DNA of 61,319 nt, taken from positions 22,321-83,639 of the forward strand of contig NW_018479869.1 in NCBI RefSeq assembly GCF_002113885.1, given 5' to 3'. Each line of letters begins with the position of its first letter. The stretch's first letter is position 1. Position numbers and translations under genes: made by a program. The notes below the pieces were generated by a model. The model did not search any database and had not been told where the DNA came from. It saw nothing but the letters and a program-made list of their open reading frames with translations. The DNA comes from Mizuhopecten yessoensis. Its lineage: Eukaryota. Of the stretch, positions 25,653-39,067 are shown one piece after another.

Positions 25653-26751
25653 GTTATGATATTGACGAGGCAATCACACATCATATCCCCTCACACGATC
25701 ATATTTCCCTTATTAGGAACCCCTCTAGAAAAACTGGGCAGGAGCCACGGCAACTGAAATCCGAATGACGGAATTCGAAGCAGATGACAACAATGGCGCG
25801 TCAACCTGACCTTTTCTGTTATTGTTTGATTATTTTTGATTAAATAGTTTTGCCCTCACTGTATAATATTTGTCCGCGTTGATGGACAGTAGATTTGTAA
25901 GATGTGCCCGGTAAGTGACACTAATGGTGTGTATGGATGTACCTAGATACTCAGGTACAAAAACCACAAATCGTCCCGTCCGGTTGTTGACTGTATGATC
26001 GATTGGTTATGGATGTTTGTAAAAGTAAACAGTGATGATGGGCACCTACAGGGAATCATGAAATATATATTCCACAAGTTAAAATATAACCCACAAAATG
26101 TATAACTAAAATTAAGTATATGTTAAATGCATAATATATCAAAAAAAAATCACGATTCCCGCCAAAAGTTTGTTCCTCTAAAAATTAATTAAGTTGTCTT
26201 ATCCGAAAAAAAAATGCATTATTGGTCTTTTTTTAGGACACCATCAATTCATAACTACCATAATTACCAGAACAAGATCGCATCAGGTAATGTTGTAAAT
26301 GTTTAATATCTAAATGCCTTGTTGAGAAAAGTATTAGCATTGTGATATAAAATCATCCATTTTCATTGGCGAGAAGAATTAAAGAAACTGCCAGCTTGTT
26401 TTCTACTGTTACGCCGCTTTTCATTTGAATGTACAATAAAGGAATTTTGTTGAAATCACTATTTTTTTTCTAAATTGGTAAATACCCCCATTGACCCCCT
26501 TCTAAATGTAAAGGAAACGTATAGGTCTGATCTAAGTTACACGTGTTCTCAGATAGATTGAGTTTATACAGAGCCACCTATCCTGTGTTACCACAAACGA
26601 ACAGACATTTCAACACCGAACGTCAATGAAGCACATTCCCAAGCGAAAATCTTGAATGTGCCTTCAAACTTACCTTTCCAAAGAACCTGTTTCGATTTAA
26701 TTTAAAATAATAAGGATTAATTTGATAAAACCAGCTTTATTTTGATTAACA

Positions 26752-29700
26752 ATGGAAAGATTCTCTTTTTGTATTTTGTTTGTTTTGACTATGATGTTGC
26801 TCGGCGCATTGTTTCCGGTTTCCACTGAGGCTGAAGATTCACCAGAGCTGGGAGAAGACATTAAAGAGGTGAAAATGGAAGTAGTAAGGAAACCGAAATT
26901 TTGTCTCCGGAAAGCAAAGACAGGAGACCTTTTGCTGCTGAAGATGGAAGGGAAAATTTTCTCTACCGGGGAAATATTTGATACAAAGTAAGTAATACTC
27001 TTCCAATGTCGTGTACGAACTGTGGTTCTTGTATCACTAATACTAACTCTGACATTGGAATCAATACATTGGTTTATACTTCGGATCAATATTTATTTCA
27101 TTAAGTATGCTGTTCGTGTCTTAAACTATTTTCAATTGTGGACTACTTCTTCCAACAAAGTGACTGATTATGCCCGTAGACTTTATACTCCTGACGTTTG
27201 TCTAAGTCTTGTTGCTGGAATTTATTATGGTACGTCTTTCCATAATTTTCGAGATAATTTCCAGGAAAAGAAAGATGATTCTCGAATTATTTACCAAAAG
27301 AAAATGTGTCGATTGGTAAAAAACGTAGTGTTCGTCTACTATATCAGCCACTGGATCTGCCATGAACTGTATTTTTACACACGAGTAGGGGGCCTATTGC
27401 TTTATGCTATTGTTATTATTAATTCTATTCTTTCTCCTTTTCCTTCTCATTATTCTTCTCCGACAAACGCTTTTCTGAATATTTTCAGAATCTACCGGCC
27501 AGATTATTATAGAAGTTTTTATAGTCGGATTTTGTACAAACTGAATATGGCATTTCGAATTCTTTCCAATACATTACTTGCGACTTAAGGCGCAGTTTGA
27601 GGGACTTTTTATCGGGACCCGATACACATTGCACTTGTTTTTATTTCAGATAATAGAGTGCAGATCATTCATCATCACTAAACTATAGTCTTGCTAAAGT
27701 TACACATGAGCTTGTTATTATTAAAATGTATTTTAAAGGAGTGTGTGCAACTAACTGTTTACAGCATGAAAGAAAAGCAGCCCTACATATTCCAATATCG
27801 GGGAGGTCAGCTCGACCCGGAAATGGAGAATGCTATGACTGATATGTGTGCGGGAGAAATAAGGAAGATTCGTATACCAGGGGGCGGTGATCGACAGACC
27901 TTCACCGCGAAAACCGGTATGTAACTTAGACAAAAATACTCAGCTAGGAGATTTTCGTCTTCAATAGCTTTTTTGGAATCTTACCTCCTCAGTCACAGTT
28001 GTAATCGTACATTGACTTGGGACAGGAATCTATCAAAGTGTCAAAATGTTGTCGTCTGCCTAGTGTTTTGATTAAGAAAAACATCAACATATATACATGT
28101 ATTATGGCCTGTAAGTCAATATGACCAACACCGTCCACATGATAAGGGCGTGTTTTTGCACGTGCAAATAATGGTCAGGTGATGCCACGTTTCATTTCAT
28201 CAACAAGCATATATCACATACTCTGGACGTTTTAGGCTGGCATTTTTGCATGGGTTTAAGTTGAAACGATTTGATATGAACGAATGGATTTTAATTGCAA
28301 TAGGAAGGAGACTTGTGGAAGAGCGATGCACGCACATGTACTGTTATTGCGTCTTAAATAACGAAAAGCGTTTCCAAAACAAGGTCATGATAGAATATGA
28401 ATTGCCGCACAGCGCAATTATTGTTATTCAAATAGCTCTCAAAGCCTACTCAGTGAAAGACCAGCATTTAAGAACAACTAGAGCTCTTAATTAATAAATA
28501 CTGTTTTACTATTGTTGATTTCAGGTGTACAGGTATCGGCCAACTCTACTCTAGAGTTTGTCGTGGAACTACAAGATATCCAAGATAGTCCCGATCACGT
28601 GATGGTGTTTAATTTATTAAACAATGACAAATCAGGAACACTGTCGGTGGCACAGGTAATTAAACAACTCTATCTGACGAGAGCTATGTTTAGTCACACG
28701 GTACAGATATATTTTCAACATAGGATCAATTAACGGCATTATTTGTACTAAAGCACCACCCATTCTTATATGGGTTATTTTTGATAACATTACCGACATC
28801 CTAAAGGCATCATAAAATTGCTCTTAACTTCATTCCATATGTAAAAGCAGGTATTGTCCATAACTAACCCGCACGGATAAGCGATTAATGTATTTATCAA
28901 AGGTTGTACGGAGATAAAGAATATCCATACAATATCATACAATTATGGACATTTGTGCCCGTGAATATGATGTGATATGAACCTGAAAAATCGATATTAA
29001 CCGAGGCGAAGCCGAGGTCAATATCATTTTTTCAGATTCATATCACAAAATATGCACCAGCACAAAAGCCCTTATCTGTTTTATTATATGCTTCAACAAT
29101 TTTTTTTATATTGTTAACCTTTACTGGAACGAGCCTTCGAGTAACATTTAGACTTCCCAGACGACCAGAGCGTTACAGGCCAAGTACCACACAACGAGAC
29201 GTGAAATGAACATGATTTACATATACGCTCCTAAAAGTAGTCCCAACACATTTATAAATGTCATTCCAGTAGTCAAGTTTCAAGTTTTATTTTTACACTC
29301 ATGACACACGAGGTGTGTTACAAGAGGTCAACATATTAATACATTTCAATTACATAGCAATGTGAGTACAGATTGTGTATACAACATGTAAATATATAAT
29401 ACTACAGAATAATAGCACTGCATTTATCTTATGTCACCTGAAGCCTTCATTGTTTTCTCTAGAAAACGACTTATTTTAGGTAAAACATTTAAATTACAAA
29501 TATAAATCATTCCTTTTAGCTTAAAATTGCTTGGGTTTGTAGTGTAATCATTATGGATATATAATTTTCTTATTGATGATATATAAGAATTTTGGCATTT
29601 AAACAAATAATGTGGTTCATCACCTATACCTGTTTGACATAAAGGACATATTCTATCGATTTTGGAGTTGTATTCCAGCATCCAGTCTCTATTGGGAAAT

Positions 29701-32350
29701 TTAGATTAGACGTTCGGAATTTACAAATAATTTTTCTATCTTTTTCATTAAATTTTGTCGGATATGATTCATACTGAATGATTGTCTTAGATATGGAGTA
29801 GAAATTACCACGAGAAGAGTTTTCTATCTCTTGGAACCATTTCTGTATCAATTGATCTTTTAACCGCTGTTTAACTACAGCTTTGAAATGATTTCTATTT
29901 TAATTACATATATTTTGAAAAACCACAAATTGCTAAAACCTAACTTGTTTAATATATCTTTTATGTAATTATTCCATTTAAAATGCATTTGTTCATTTGA
30001 TTGTAAAATATATGTCATTTTGTATATCAGACTAGATATCTTGCTCCCGCCAGTTAACAACTTAAACCAGAACATAATCATTCTTGTCTTGATTTCTACT
30101 TCCAGAGGATATCTCCCGGTTTCTCCATAAATCATGTAATTCGGAGTAGATTTTTTCACATTCATGACTCTTTTACAAAATTACAAATGCATTCTTTCTA
30201 TGGTAATAGTGTTTTCGAATCCCTATATCTCACAAGCATACAATAGGATCGGTGAAACAAGAGAATCAAATAACTTAAGTTGCAAATCAACAGACAATGG
30301 AATATTTCTTACTTTCTTGCACAATGCCTATAGTGTCTTTTTAGCTTGTTCAGTTAATTTTGTTTTTGCTTTACTAAATGTACCATTGCTATTAAATAAT
30401 ATGCCCAGATATGAATAAGAATTTTGGACTTCTAAATTTTCTTCATTCAATTTAAACACATATTGTTGTCTACGTTTTCTTTTTTCGAAGATGACGACTT
30501 TCGTTTTCTGTACATTAATAGTCAACTTCCAACTTCTACAATAGTTTTAAAACACACTCAGGGCATATGCATGTTGTAACCCCTCGGGTGTCTCAGCCAT
30601 TAGCACAGTAACATCCGCATACAGTATTACAAATAGTTTAAGATACATTCAAATGTTAATTTGGCGGAGTGTTTCTACATCATTGATACGCAACATCATT
30701 ATGGTTTGAAAATTGTCAAGATCATCCAGATATAGGGAAAACAAAAATTGGGATAAATTTTCCCCCTGTTTTAATCCGACATTGCAAACGAAAAATTCCG
30801 AAATTTCATTTCCGTGTTTAACACATGACTTTGTATTAAAATATATAAGTTTTTGATAACCTTAAACACTTTTCCATTTATGTTACTTTTTAACATCTTT
30901 TGCCATAATCCCGCTCGCCAAACTGTGTCGAACGCTTTTCGAAAATCAGCAAATGTACAGTACAGCCTTTTTACCTTGGGCAAAATACGTGTTTATTAAT
31001 GAGTGTAATATAAAAATATTTTGAGTCGTCGAGTAACCTTTTCTAAACCCTGCCTGAGAGGGAGAAATTAGGTTAATTTCATCAGCTAGTTTAGTTAATC
31101 TATTATTGGTGATATGAGTAAACACTTTCCCCAAGCAAGACACTAGAGTTATAGCTCTATGGTTGTCCGGGTCGCAAGTTTCTCCTTTATTTTTATAAAT
31201 AGGCTTAATTATTCCAACTGTCCAAGAGTCTGGGACTAATCCAGTATTTAGTATACTGTTAAATAACATTGTATATAACGGCATAAAGTTAGTTAATGTA
31301 CTCTTGATATGCTCATTTAAAATGACATCATTTCCACATGCTTTGTAATGTTTTAATTTTTTTACCGCATGTATAACCTCGTCTAGTATTTGGTAAAAAG
31401 TATTATTTTCTTGTTCGGGAATATATATGTTATCATCATCCCGGTCATCAGTTGAATTGTTCAGCTTTTTGAAATACTCACAAAGTTCATTTATTGGTAT
31501 GTCAGATTTATTAGATTTAGCTTTACCAGATACTTTATTTAGTAAGTTCCATAGGGTAGTCCGATGTGACGGCTCCGCGGTCAAAAACAATAAGAAGAAT
31601 GACAGTTTCAACACATTCAACCGAATGGGCATGTTTTGTGATTACATCATATACGTATAGTGGAATTTAACCTCGTGAGTCATGACAGTAATAAGGGACA
31701 TCGTCGGTAGTAGTTAGATCAGTAGCCGGACTATGACTATTAGATATGGTATGGGTTACACTTCTTTAAGAGATGCCATCTTGATATGGTTAACGTAAGA
31801 GGGTTCAACTATAAGCGCTAATGTATGACGTCACAAAACATAATGTATCAGGGGACACAAATAAGGAAATAACATCCTTATTTGTGTTACGTCAATCATA
31901 TGACGTCACAGCAAGCTTTGGGTAGATGCCATTTAAGTACATCGTGATATACATTTGTTATCATGTTTGGAGAGCAAGCACGTAATGTACCATGTAGTTT
32001 CACGCTTTGTAAATGGGAATGATATGTGTTGTGTATATAGAACAAATTAAAGTATGACATCCTATTTTCAGTTCATGGCGATAGCAGCACAGGGCCTTGA
32101 AATGTTTCCATTGATTTCGACACTTGAAGAAATGGAAGTGGTCATTGTGGAGGCTTTCCGTCTGGCCGACAAGGACGGCGATGGTCGCCTTGACCTTGAA
32201 GAATATCTCGACTCCCCATTGGTCAGTAAAGAGAATCCTGAACATGAAGAGGCCATCCAGAAGAGAATGAATGAATACAGAGAGAAAGAAGCGGAAAAGG
32301 CTGAAGAGGCTAAAAAAGCCAAAAGTAAACCAAAAAATGAGGAATTATAG
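26752..32350 (+). CDS. ER-lumen FKBP7/14-like protein (paralogue B), ~265 aa: signal peptide, degenerate FKBP domain, two EF-hand-like motifs, NEEL; exons 26752-26987, 27765-27916, 28525-28655, 32072-32350
   Basis: GT-AG junctions with phases 2,1,0. Motifs CLRKAKTGD, IFDT, DMCAGEIRKIRIP, ANSTLEFVVELQDI. EF-hand loops NNDKSGTLSVAQ and DKDGDGRLDLEE. KDEL-like end. Confidence 0.88.
28953..29063. mobile_element. Hairpin with CCGAGGCGAAGCCGAGG core (non-autonomous Crypton-like element) in intron 3 of paralogue B
   Basis: Arms GTGATATGAACCTGAAAAATCGATATTAACC / GGTCAATATCATTTTTTCAGATTCATATCAC; family assignment is from recollection of this core. Confidence 0.55.
29275..31555 (-). mobile_element. 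5'-truncated, frameshifted CR1/L2-group LINE (RT plus C-terminal CCHC), antisense in FKBP-B intron 3
   Basis: Fragments KACGND, PDNHRAITLVSCLGKVF, QAGFRKG, ADFRKAFDTVWR, QGENLS, LYADV, YLGI, ICPLC...DEPHYLFKC. AATAAA plus (ACTTGA)-like tail at ~29275-29295. GTAGTC is duplicated at 29269-29274 and 31556-31561 (TSD). Confidence 0.9.
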
Positions 32351-34446
32351 GCTTGGCTACTTAGTATCTATGACATTAAATTATGAAAGTGAATTCGATA
32401 TTTCAAAAGAAACTAATTGCTGAGCGAAAGCTCAACTCAACCGCGATTGAAAAGGTTTTAAATTCTTTTTATGAAATTCTCTTTTTTAACTAAGAATCAT
32501 TTAGAATCATGAAAGTCATAATGAAGCAGCAATTAAGAACCTTGTTAATTGAGATTGTTTTTTGAGTGAATAGGATAATAACTACATGATCTATCTGACT
32601 GAGTAGATCTTTGTAAATGTTCAACACGCTTTCCGAGCGGGGTATCTCAGATAACGTTTTTTCAAAAATATTCATGATATTTTATATTTTTGTTTTTTAT
32701 TTAATATCTGAAAATGACAAGTACCACTTAAAATGGTCGATTTTGAAATGTACATTATGTTCGTTATAGAAATCTTAAATCATATTCATATTTGCCTACA
32801 ATGGAAAATGAAACCCATTAGTTACCGACCTTCGCATGGGAAATACCAATCGAAAAGATTTCTTTTTTTGAGATATGATTACAGATGAACAAAAGAAGAT
32901 GTGTATCATATATCTGATCAAATTAATATACAATACACTCATTGTATATTTCTTATTGTCATCGACACAAATGAAGTAATTAAGATTGAGAGTTATGGTA
33001 CAAATTAATACGCACGACATATAACTAATATCTCTTCTACAAAGTTCCCTTTCTAAAAAAATTCTTTTGTTAATTTTTAAATTTTGAATACTTCTTTGTT
33101 GAGATTTGTTCATGTTCTCGCGAGTCTTATAATGAAAAGACGCTAAAATACGGACCGGAACAGGCCGAAAAACTCAACTTTTGGTTAAAACTTTCCACCA
33201 AACGTTAATGAAAGCTTTTCTTTCTAGTATATAAATCATAACTCGTTTCACAAAAATGGTTGTCCGTTCGCATTTTTGTTTTGTTTTACTTTTCATGGAA
33301 ATCGCTATTTTGAAAAACGTCCCTCCCCCTTTCACATGATGAATTGCTTAAGATGTCCTCTGAAATGCCTTATTTCCGAGCATTTCTAGACTATACATGT
33401 GTAGTAAAATAAGTACCAGAGATATGTATAATCATTATGTCAATAACTTTGATGAACAGATATTTTTTCATTATTTTTGGATGATTTCCAAGTTACGACT
33501 TAGCATTATTTTCTATAACCGAATCTCAATTATTAATGCTATATTAATTTCATCACAACTTCTGTTGCATTCTTTTTCTCTCGGAGTTATCCGTGATGCT
33601 TAACCAAAGATAAATTGGACAAATGGACGTTAGCCTGGTGTTTTGGGGAATGTGCTGGCGATCTTTGCGCGAAGATTATAATTCAAGAAAAAATAGTAAT
33701 ACAAATAGTACTTATGAACGCTTTGACCAATAAAATCCTTTAAATAATGTTCGGAGGCCCAATAGTTGAACATCTTTAATAGCGATACAAGGTTTGTATG
33801 TAAACACGAATTGTAATTTCTACTTTTGGTTTTACATATATATATAAATATAGAAAAGTCTGCAAAATGATTGATTGGGCTATCAGCCAATGGAATCACT
33901 AAGAAAAATATGTTAACGAGAAAATGTTGATAATATCCATTTGTCCCGGGATCACTATAAAAGGGAGGTAACTCTGAGAAAAATAGATGTAAGTCAACAA
34001 TAGAAATCACGCTCACTTCTATATCTGATACTGTGACGTAATACTGTGACGTAATACTGTCATGTGTTATCTCCAACAAGTTTCTCTGCATGAAATAAAG
34101 ATCCGGGTGACTGAGACCGGAGTTGTGTTGTTATTGACTCTATATGATAACTATTGTTATTTACGTTACACCAAACGGTACTACGTATAATGTAACTACG
34201 CAATGTCCATGTTCTCAATGAGATAAACATTACTTACGGAAATTAATTTCTTGATTCGAAAAAAGTTTTGGAAACAAGAAAATAATTGTGTCCATATCTG
34301 AACGAACATAGAAACAGAGAAATATAATTGCTACTTTTCATTTGATTATGAAAGGTTTCAGGGAGGGAAAATGGCGTTATGCTTATAGGTGACATTAAAA
34401 GTTATAAAATACCTGAAAGACATGTTTTTGAGTTTCTTTTTAACAA

Positions 34447-34556
34447 TTGATAAGATGTACCTATACCGGGATCTGTGTTGATTGATAAGATGTACCTATA
34501 CCGGGATCTGTGTGGATTGATAAGATGTACCTATACCGGGATCTGTGTTGATTGAT
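34447..34556. repeat. 35-bp tandem repeat x3
   Basis: GATAAGATGTACCTATACCGGGATCTGTGTKGATT. Confidence 0.9.
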
Positions 34557-36704
34557 TTCTGTGATCACTTTCCCATTTGGAGCCGAACACAACTATAACA
34601 AAGAAGCGTAACAAGAATCCCAGCATATATATTTCCAGAAGAAACGTAAAGACACGAGTTGCTCCGAATGCAAGTTGTTTGTAATTTAATTTCATAGTTT
34701 CTCTGATCTGTATATAGAGGATAAGAAATACGGGGAATCAGAATGGAAATATCGCCGGAAAAAATGTTGACGACGGACAATGAACGATTTAATAAAACAC
34801 TGCTACCAATCTACATACTCATTTCTCACTTCTCACACAAGTAAAACCATGTTGATTTCGATGTGTTTATTTGAAATTTGATACTGATGTGGCAACTGAC
34901 ATGTGCATCTATACGTTTTGCATAGTGTAACAGTGGGTAGTATTTTCTTGTCCGAATAATTTTGCGGATCGACCCTGTCTGCAGCAATAAAACGTCACCG
35001 TGTTGCCCTTAAACAATGATCTAAAGTGCATAATTAACGCACACGTGTTTAAAATAAATCAGAAACAGTAACAATTAAACCCCACCTTACTCACTGGATA
35101 GCTAGGGATAGAAGACTTGGCTGTAGTAGTGATAGAAATGACTGAATTCAGTAAAGTCCTGTTGAGTAAACAATTTGTTTGTTTACGAGCGGAGTGCTTG
35201 GAACAACATGTGATAACTACAAGAGCCATTACATGTTCCTATAATGTTCATATCGAGATCGTGTAGTAACGGAACATGACTTTACAGCACAGACGTGATA
35301 AATTCATGTTAAAGTGCTATCGATGTTCTCAGAAGAATTTCATTTCAAAGTATTTCTGCCCTGAGAAGCCGGCAAAGTATGCTCTGCGAGTAATAATTGG
35401 AAGTTATTAGATAAATCCTGCAACCAATCAAAGATACACAAAATGCAAGAATTGAAAACTCTCGGGTAGATTCTAGATTATGAGATATAATGTTTATTTG
35501 ATTAAAGCAACGTAAGGAAAATAACTCGTACACTAACCATGTGTAATAGTTGTAAGGTAGCATACAACCTTAAGTTTTATTTAACATCGGTACGTAGCTG
35601 AAATGGTTACACAAATAACGTCTGTTTAAAGTCAAAGATATTTTCCAGAAAATGGTTATTAATTACCAATCCATCCTAAATACCTATCTCCTATATGAAC
35701 ATCATAAACTGCAAACTCTCGTCAAAAGTTATTCTGTTAATATTAAAATATATCTGTATACATTACAGCTGACCTTCGTGACGTTTACATGACACTGATT
35801 ATAGATAAATATGGCATACCAGTATTTGTCTACTTAGACAATCTGCAGTACGAAGACTTCCTAAGGACTCTTCTCGGGAAACATGTTCCAGCAGAAAAAC
35901 TAGAAAGTAAAAGAGGAATACCAGGAATTCCTCTTGGACAGTGGCAAATTTATCAGAAGTGCTGTCCATGTGTTCTTATCAAATGATAATCCACCCTGAC
36001 TTTTAATATATTCTGTACCAGTGTACCAACAAAAGTAAAATGATTTTACTCATGCATTCGAGGAAGAACTGTATCAAAATAATGGTATAGACTCAACACG
36101 TTCAAATTAATTTGATGTAAATAACTCTTTCTTTTTGTAAATCTCTTAACAGAGGAATAAAAATATTTGATTTGATTTGATTGATTTGATACATTACGGG
36201 ATAAGAAAGTGTAGTTTTGATAATAAAGTGTTAAAAGGGAAGACAAAAACAGACTTTTTAAAATACACTTTCAATTTACCTACGTTTTAACGGTAACACT
36301 TCATTGAAATAAAAAGATATTATTGCCCTAGGGAGCCGATACACACGGAAGTACGAGTCCGGTATAATTCTCCATACACGTACATGCACACCGCTATACA
36401 TATCGGAACGTCCTGCTCTACGTTGGCCCGGGGGGCACGGATCACCGAAATCGGAACACCCGGGGTACTACCAGGATATGATTGACAGGACAGATACGTG
36501 TACCGAAAAATCAATGAAGTGAGACAGTCGACTCAAACACTACAAAAGGAGCTGGTCGGCTGTTTCGGATTATCGTCTGCTGGATAACCGAACTACTCGG
36601 TAGTGAAGCGGACGGAAAACCTATCAATCAATCAATCATTTTTTTCGGACTGGACATCAGGAAAAGGGTCAGTTTCGTTTCGATACTCGAACTGTGAACA
36701 CAAA

Positions 36705-39067
36705 ATGATGGCGTTAAGGAAACTTTTAGCTGCTCTCATTATTGTAGTAGTAACAGCAATTGCTCTGGCAGAAGATGAAGGCAACAAACGAGGTGATTTG
36801 CCGGAAGTGGAAATTGAAGTGCTAGTTGCTCCAACAGAAGCAGACTGTACCCGGAAATCCAAAGCCAAAGATGTTCTGAAAGTTCACTATGACGGATTCT
36901 TACAGGACGGTACTCCATTCGACTCCAGGTAAAATCATTCTTTGAATTGTGTGTTATAAATTAAACTATACATTCCTAATGTACCGACAGGGGTACCTGA
37001 GGAGCATCATTAGGAGATGTCTTATAAATAAAATTAAATTTTCAAGGGATATGACAGGGAGAACATTTGTTGATTTTGCTGGAGGCCGTACAGTCAGAAA
37101 TAACTATCTCCTTTACAAAATATTATTGGGCAGAGCTAGTCCGAAATTCTTCCCTGGAGTGTTTTTGAAATAAATTGGGTACCACCAGGCTTGGTGCACA
37201 CTTCGATTATTTTGTTTGTTTTATACTGGACTATGCTGGACTATGCCCGTATATTTTATACTGGACAATGCCCGTATATTTTATACTGGACTATGCCGTT
37301 ATATTTATACTGGACTATGCCCGTATAGCTTATACTGGACAATGCCCGTATATTTTATACTGGACTATGCCGGTATATTTATACTGGACTATGCCCGTAT
37401 ATCTTATACTGGACAATGCCCGTATATTTTATACTGGACTATGAATCATCAAACAAGATGGAAGGTGTAAAAATTTGTAAGGATGAAAGGACTGCATTTG
37501 TCAGGGAGAATTTGTGACGTCATAATTGAAATGACATTTTAGGATTAACCTGCTGGTTCTATAAATAGTAAAACTTAGTAAATATTACAAATCATCGACC
37601 TTCACCTGATTATGATACAACCAATGAGAACGTAGGAATATGTGTCATTTAGTCTTATCTTTGGGGGTTTATAATACCATACCGGTATACACTACGTCAG
37701 AAAACGAACTAACGTGATTGTGTAATTCCTACAATGTATATAATGAACGCGTTCTGAAAAGACATATCTTTTACTCTGTGTACACATTTCACTCATTCTC
37801 AGCTAATGTGTGTTTTCCCTTCACAGCCGTTCTAATGGCGCCAACCCGATGTTTGTCCAGCTTGGAAGTAAGACAATCATTAAGGGATGGGATATAGGCC
37901 TCGTAGATATGTGTATCGGAGAGAAACGCAGACTCACCGTCCCACCAAGGTTCGCATACGGCTCACAGGCTCGAGGTAAGGTCAACTTAAGCAGCTTTTG
38001 AGATTTTCAATATTGTAGATTTATACATTCCAGTATATTGTCATGAGACAAAACATTACAGAAAATACAAGAACTTTCATAATGGTCAGGATTTGTTTTT
38101 AAGAATTCATTGTCATTTTTATGTATAACATGCCAATAAATCTGTGCATGCCAGCAACGAAAATGTTGTTTGAACACGCAGAAAGTTGGCCCAAGAGACG
38201 AAAGTGTATACATTTCACCAGGCGAAACTTTAATTGATTTTAAATTATCATACACAATTTAACCGGGACTTGCTTACATTTAGGTGATGTGCCTGCAAAG
38301 TCAACGGTGATATTCGAGGTGGAACTCTTTGACATTAAAGGCGGGATTGGTCTGTCTGACGCCTTCCGGAGACTTGATCTAGACATGGACGGCTTCATTG
38401 ACACAGTTGAGGTGAGTGTTGTCAAAAATTCCCCTTATAATTCCACACCTATTTACAATTTTTCATTTTGCGTAATCAAAAGCAAAACTAGCATAAATTG
38501 CACTTTTTTTAAATTTGATGTTTATCAAAACTAGCCTCGAAAAGATATTAAGTATACACAAACAATATCCTATAGGACTACGAAACACGCTGTCCATTAA
38601 GTATGCAATTAGTCATGTGATTGGCCATGCTCATTAGTATGCTTTGTCGTTTCTTTGTCATTCCCTCATCTCTTACTTTGAGGACATGACATTACTTTGA
38701 TTTGACCAGGGTTTAAATGACGGGTGTCGCCGATAAAGCAGAAAACACCTACCCTTCTGGAACAGCTGGTCTTATTGATTTTGACTTCGAATGACGGTTT
38801 CGTTGACACCTCGGTATTATCTTGTTGTAGATTTTGAGGACTTACCTAGCTTTTAGTAATATATTTTTGTTTCAGTTTGAGGATCAACTGAAGGCTGCCG
38901 CTAAAACCAACGAGTTCCCCATTCCACAGGACGACTTTATGATCGGAAAAATTGTACAAATGGCTTTCCAGGCAGGCGACAAAGATCGCGATGGACTTCT
39001 CAGCGAAAAAGAGCTTGGCAAGATTCCTGGTATTAAAAACATTCTAGCAAAGAAAGATGAGCTTTAA
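36705..39067 (+). CDS. FKBP14: Canonical ER peptidyl-prolyl isomerase, FKBP14/FKBP7-like (paralogue C), ~230 aa; exons 36705-36928, 37827-37975, 38284-38411, 38876-39067
   Basis: Signal peptide; VHYDGFLQDGTPFDS, IIKGWDIGLVDMCIGEKRRLTVPPRFAYG, VPAKSTVIFEVELFDI; EF-hands DLDMDGFIDTVE and DKDRDGLLSEKE; KDEL; GT-AG phases 2,1,0. FKBP14 versus FKBP7 cannot be resolved by eye. Confidence 0.92.
37219..37442. repeat. ~25-bp minisatellite (TTTATACTGGACWATGCCCGTATAT), ~9 copies, in intron 1 of paralogue C
   Basis: Read directly. Confidence 0.9.

Noticed and set aside
27022-27588. 188-aa ORF in FKBP-B intron 1
   Set aside because: Non-ATG start, low-information AT-rich translation, no recognisable motif; part of it looks like a repeat remnant.
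22500-36700. TGACGTCA (CRE-like) motifs as UPR elements for the FKBP cluster
   Set aside because: The motif is scattered throughout the window, including introns and repeats, and I noticed no canonical ERSE (CCAAT-N9-CCACG).
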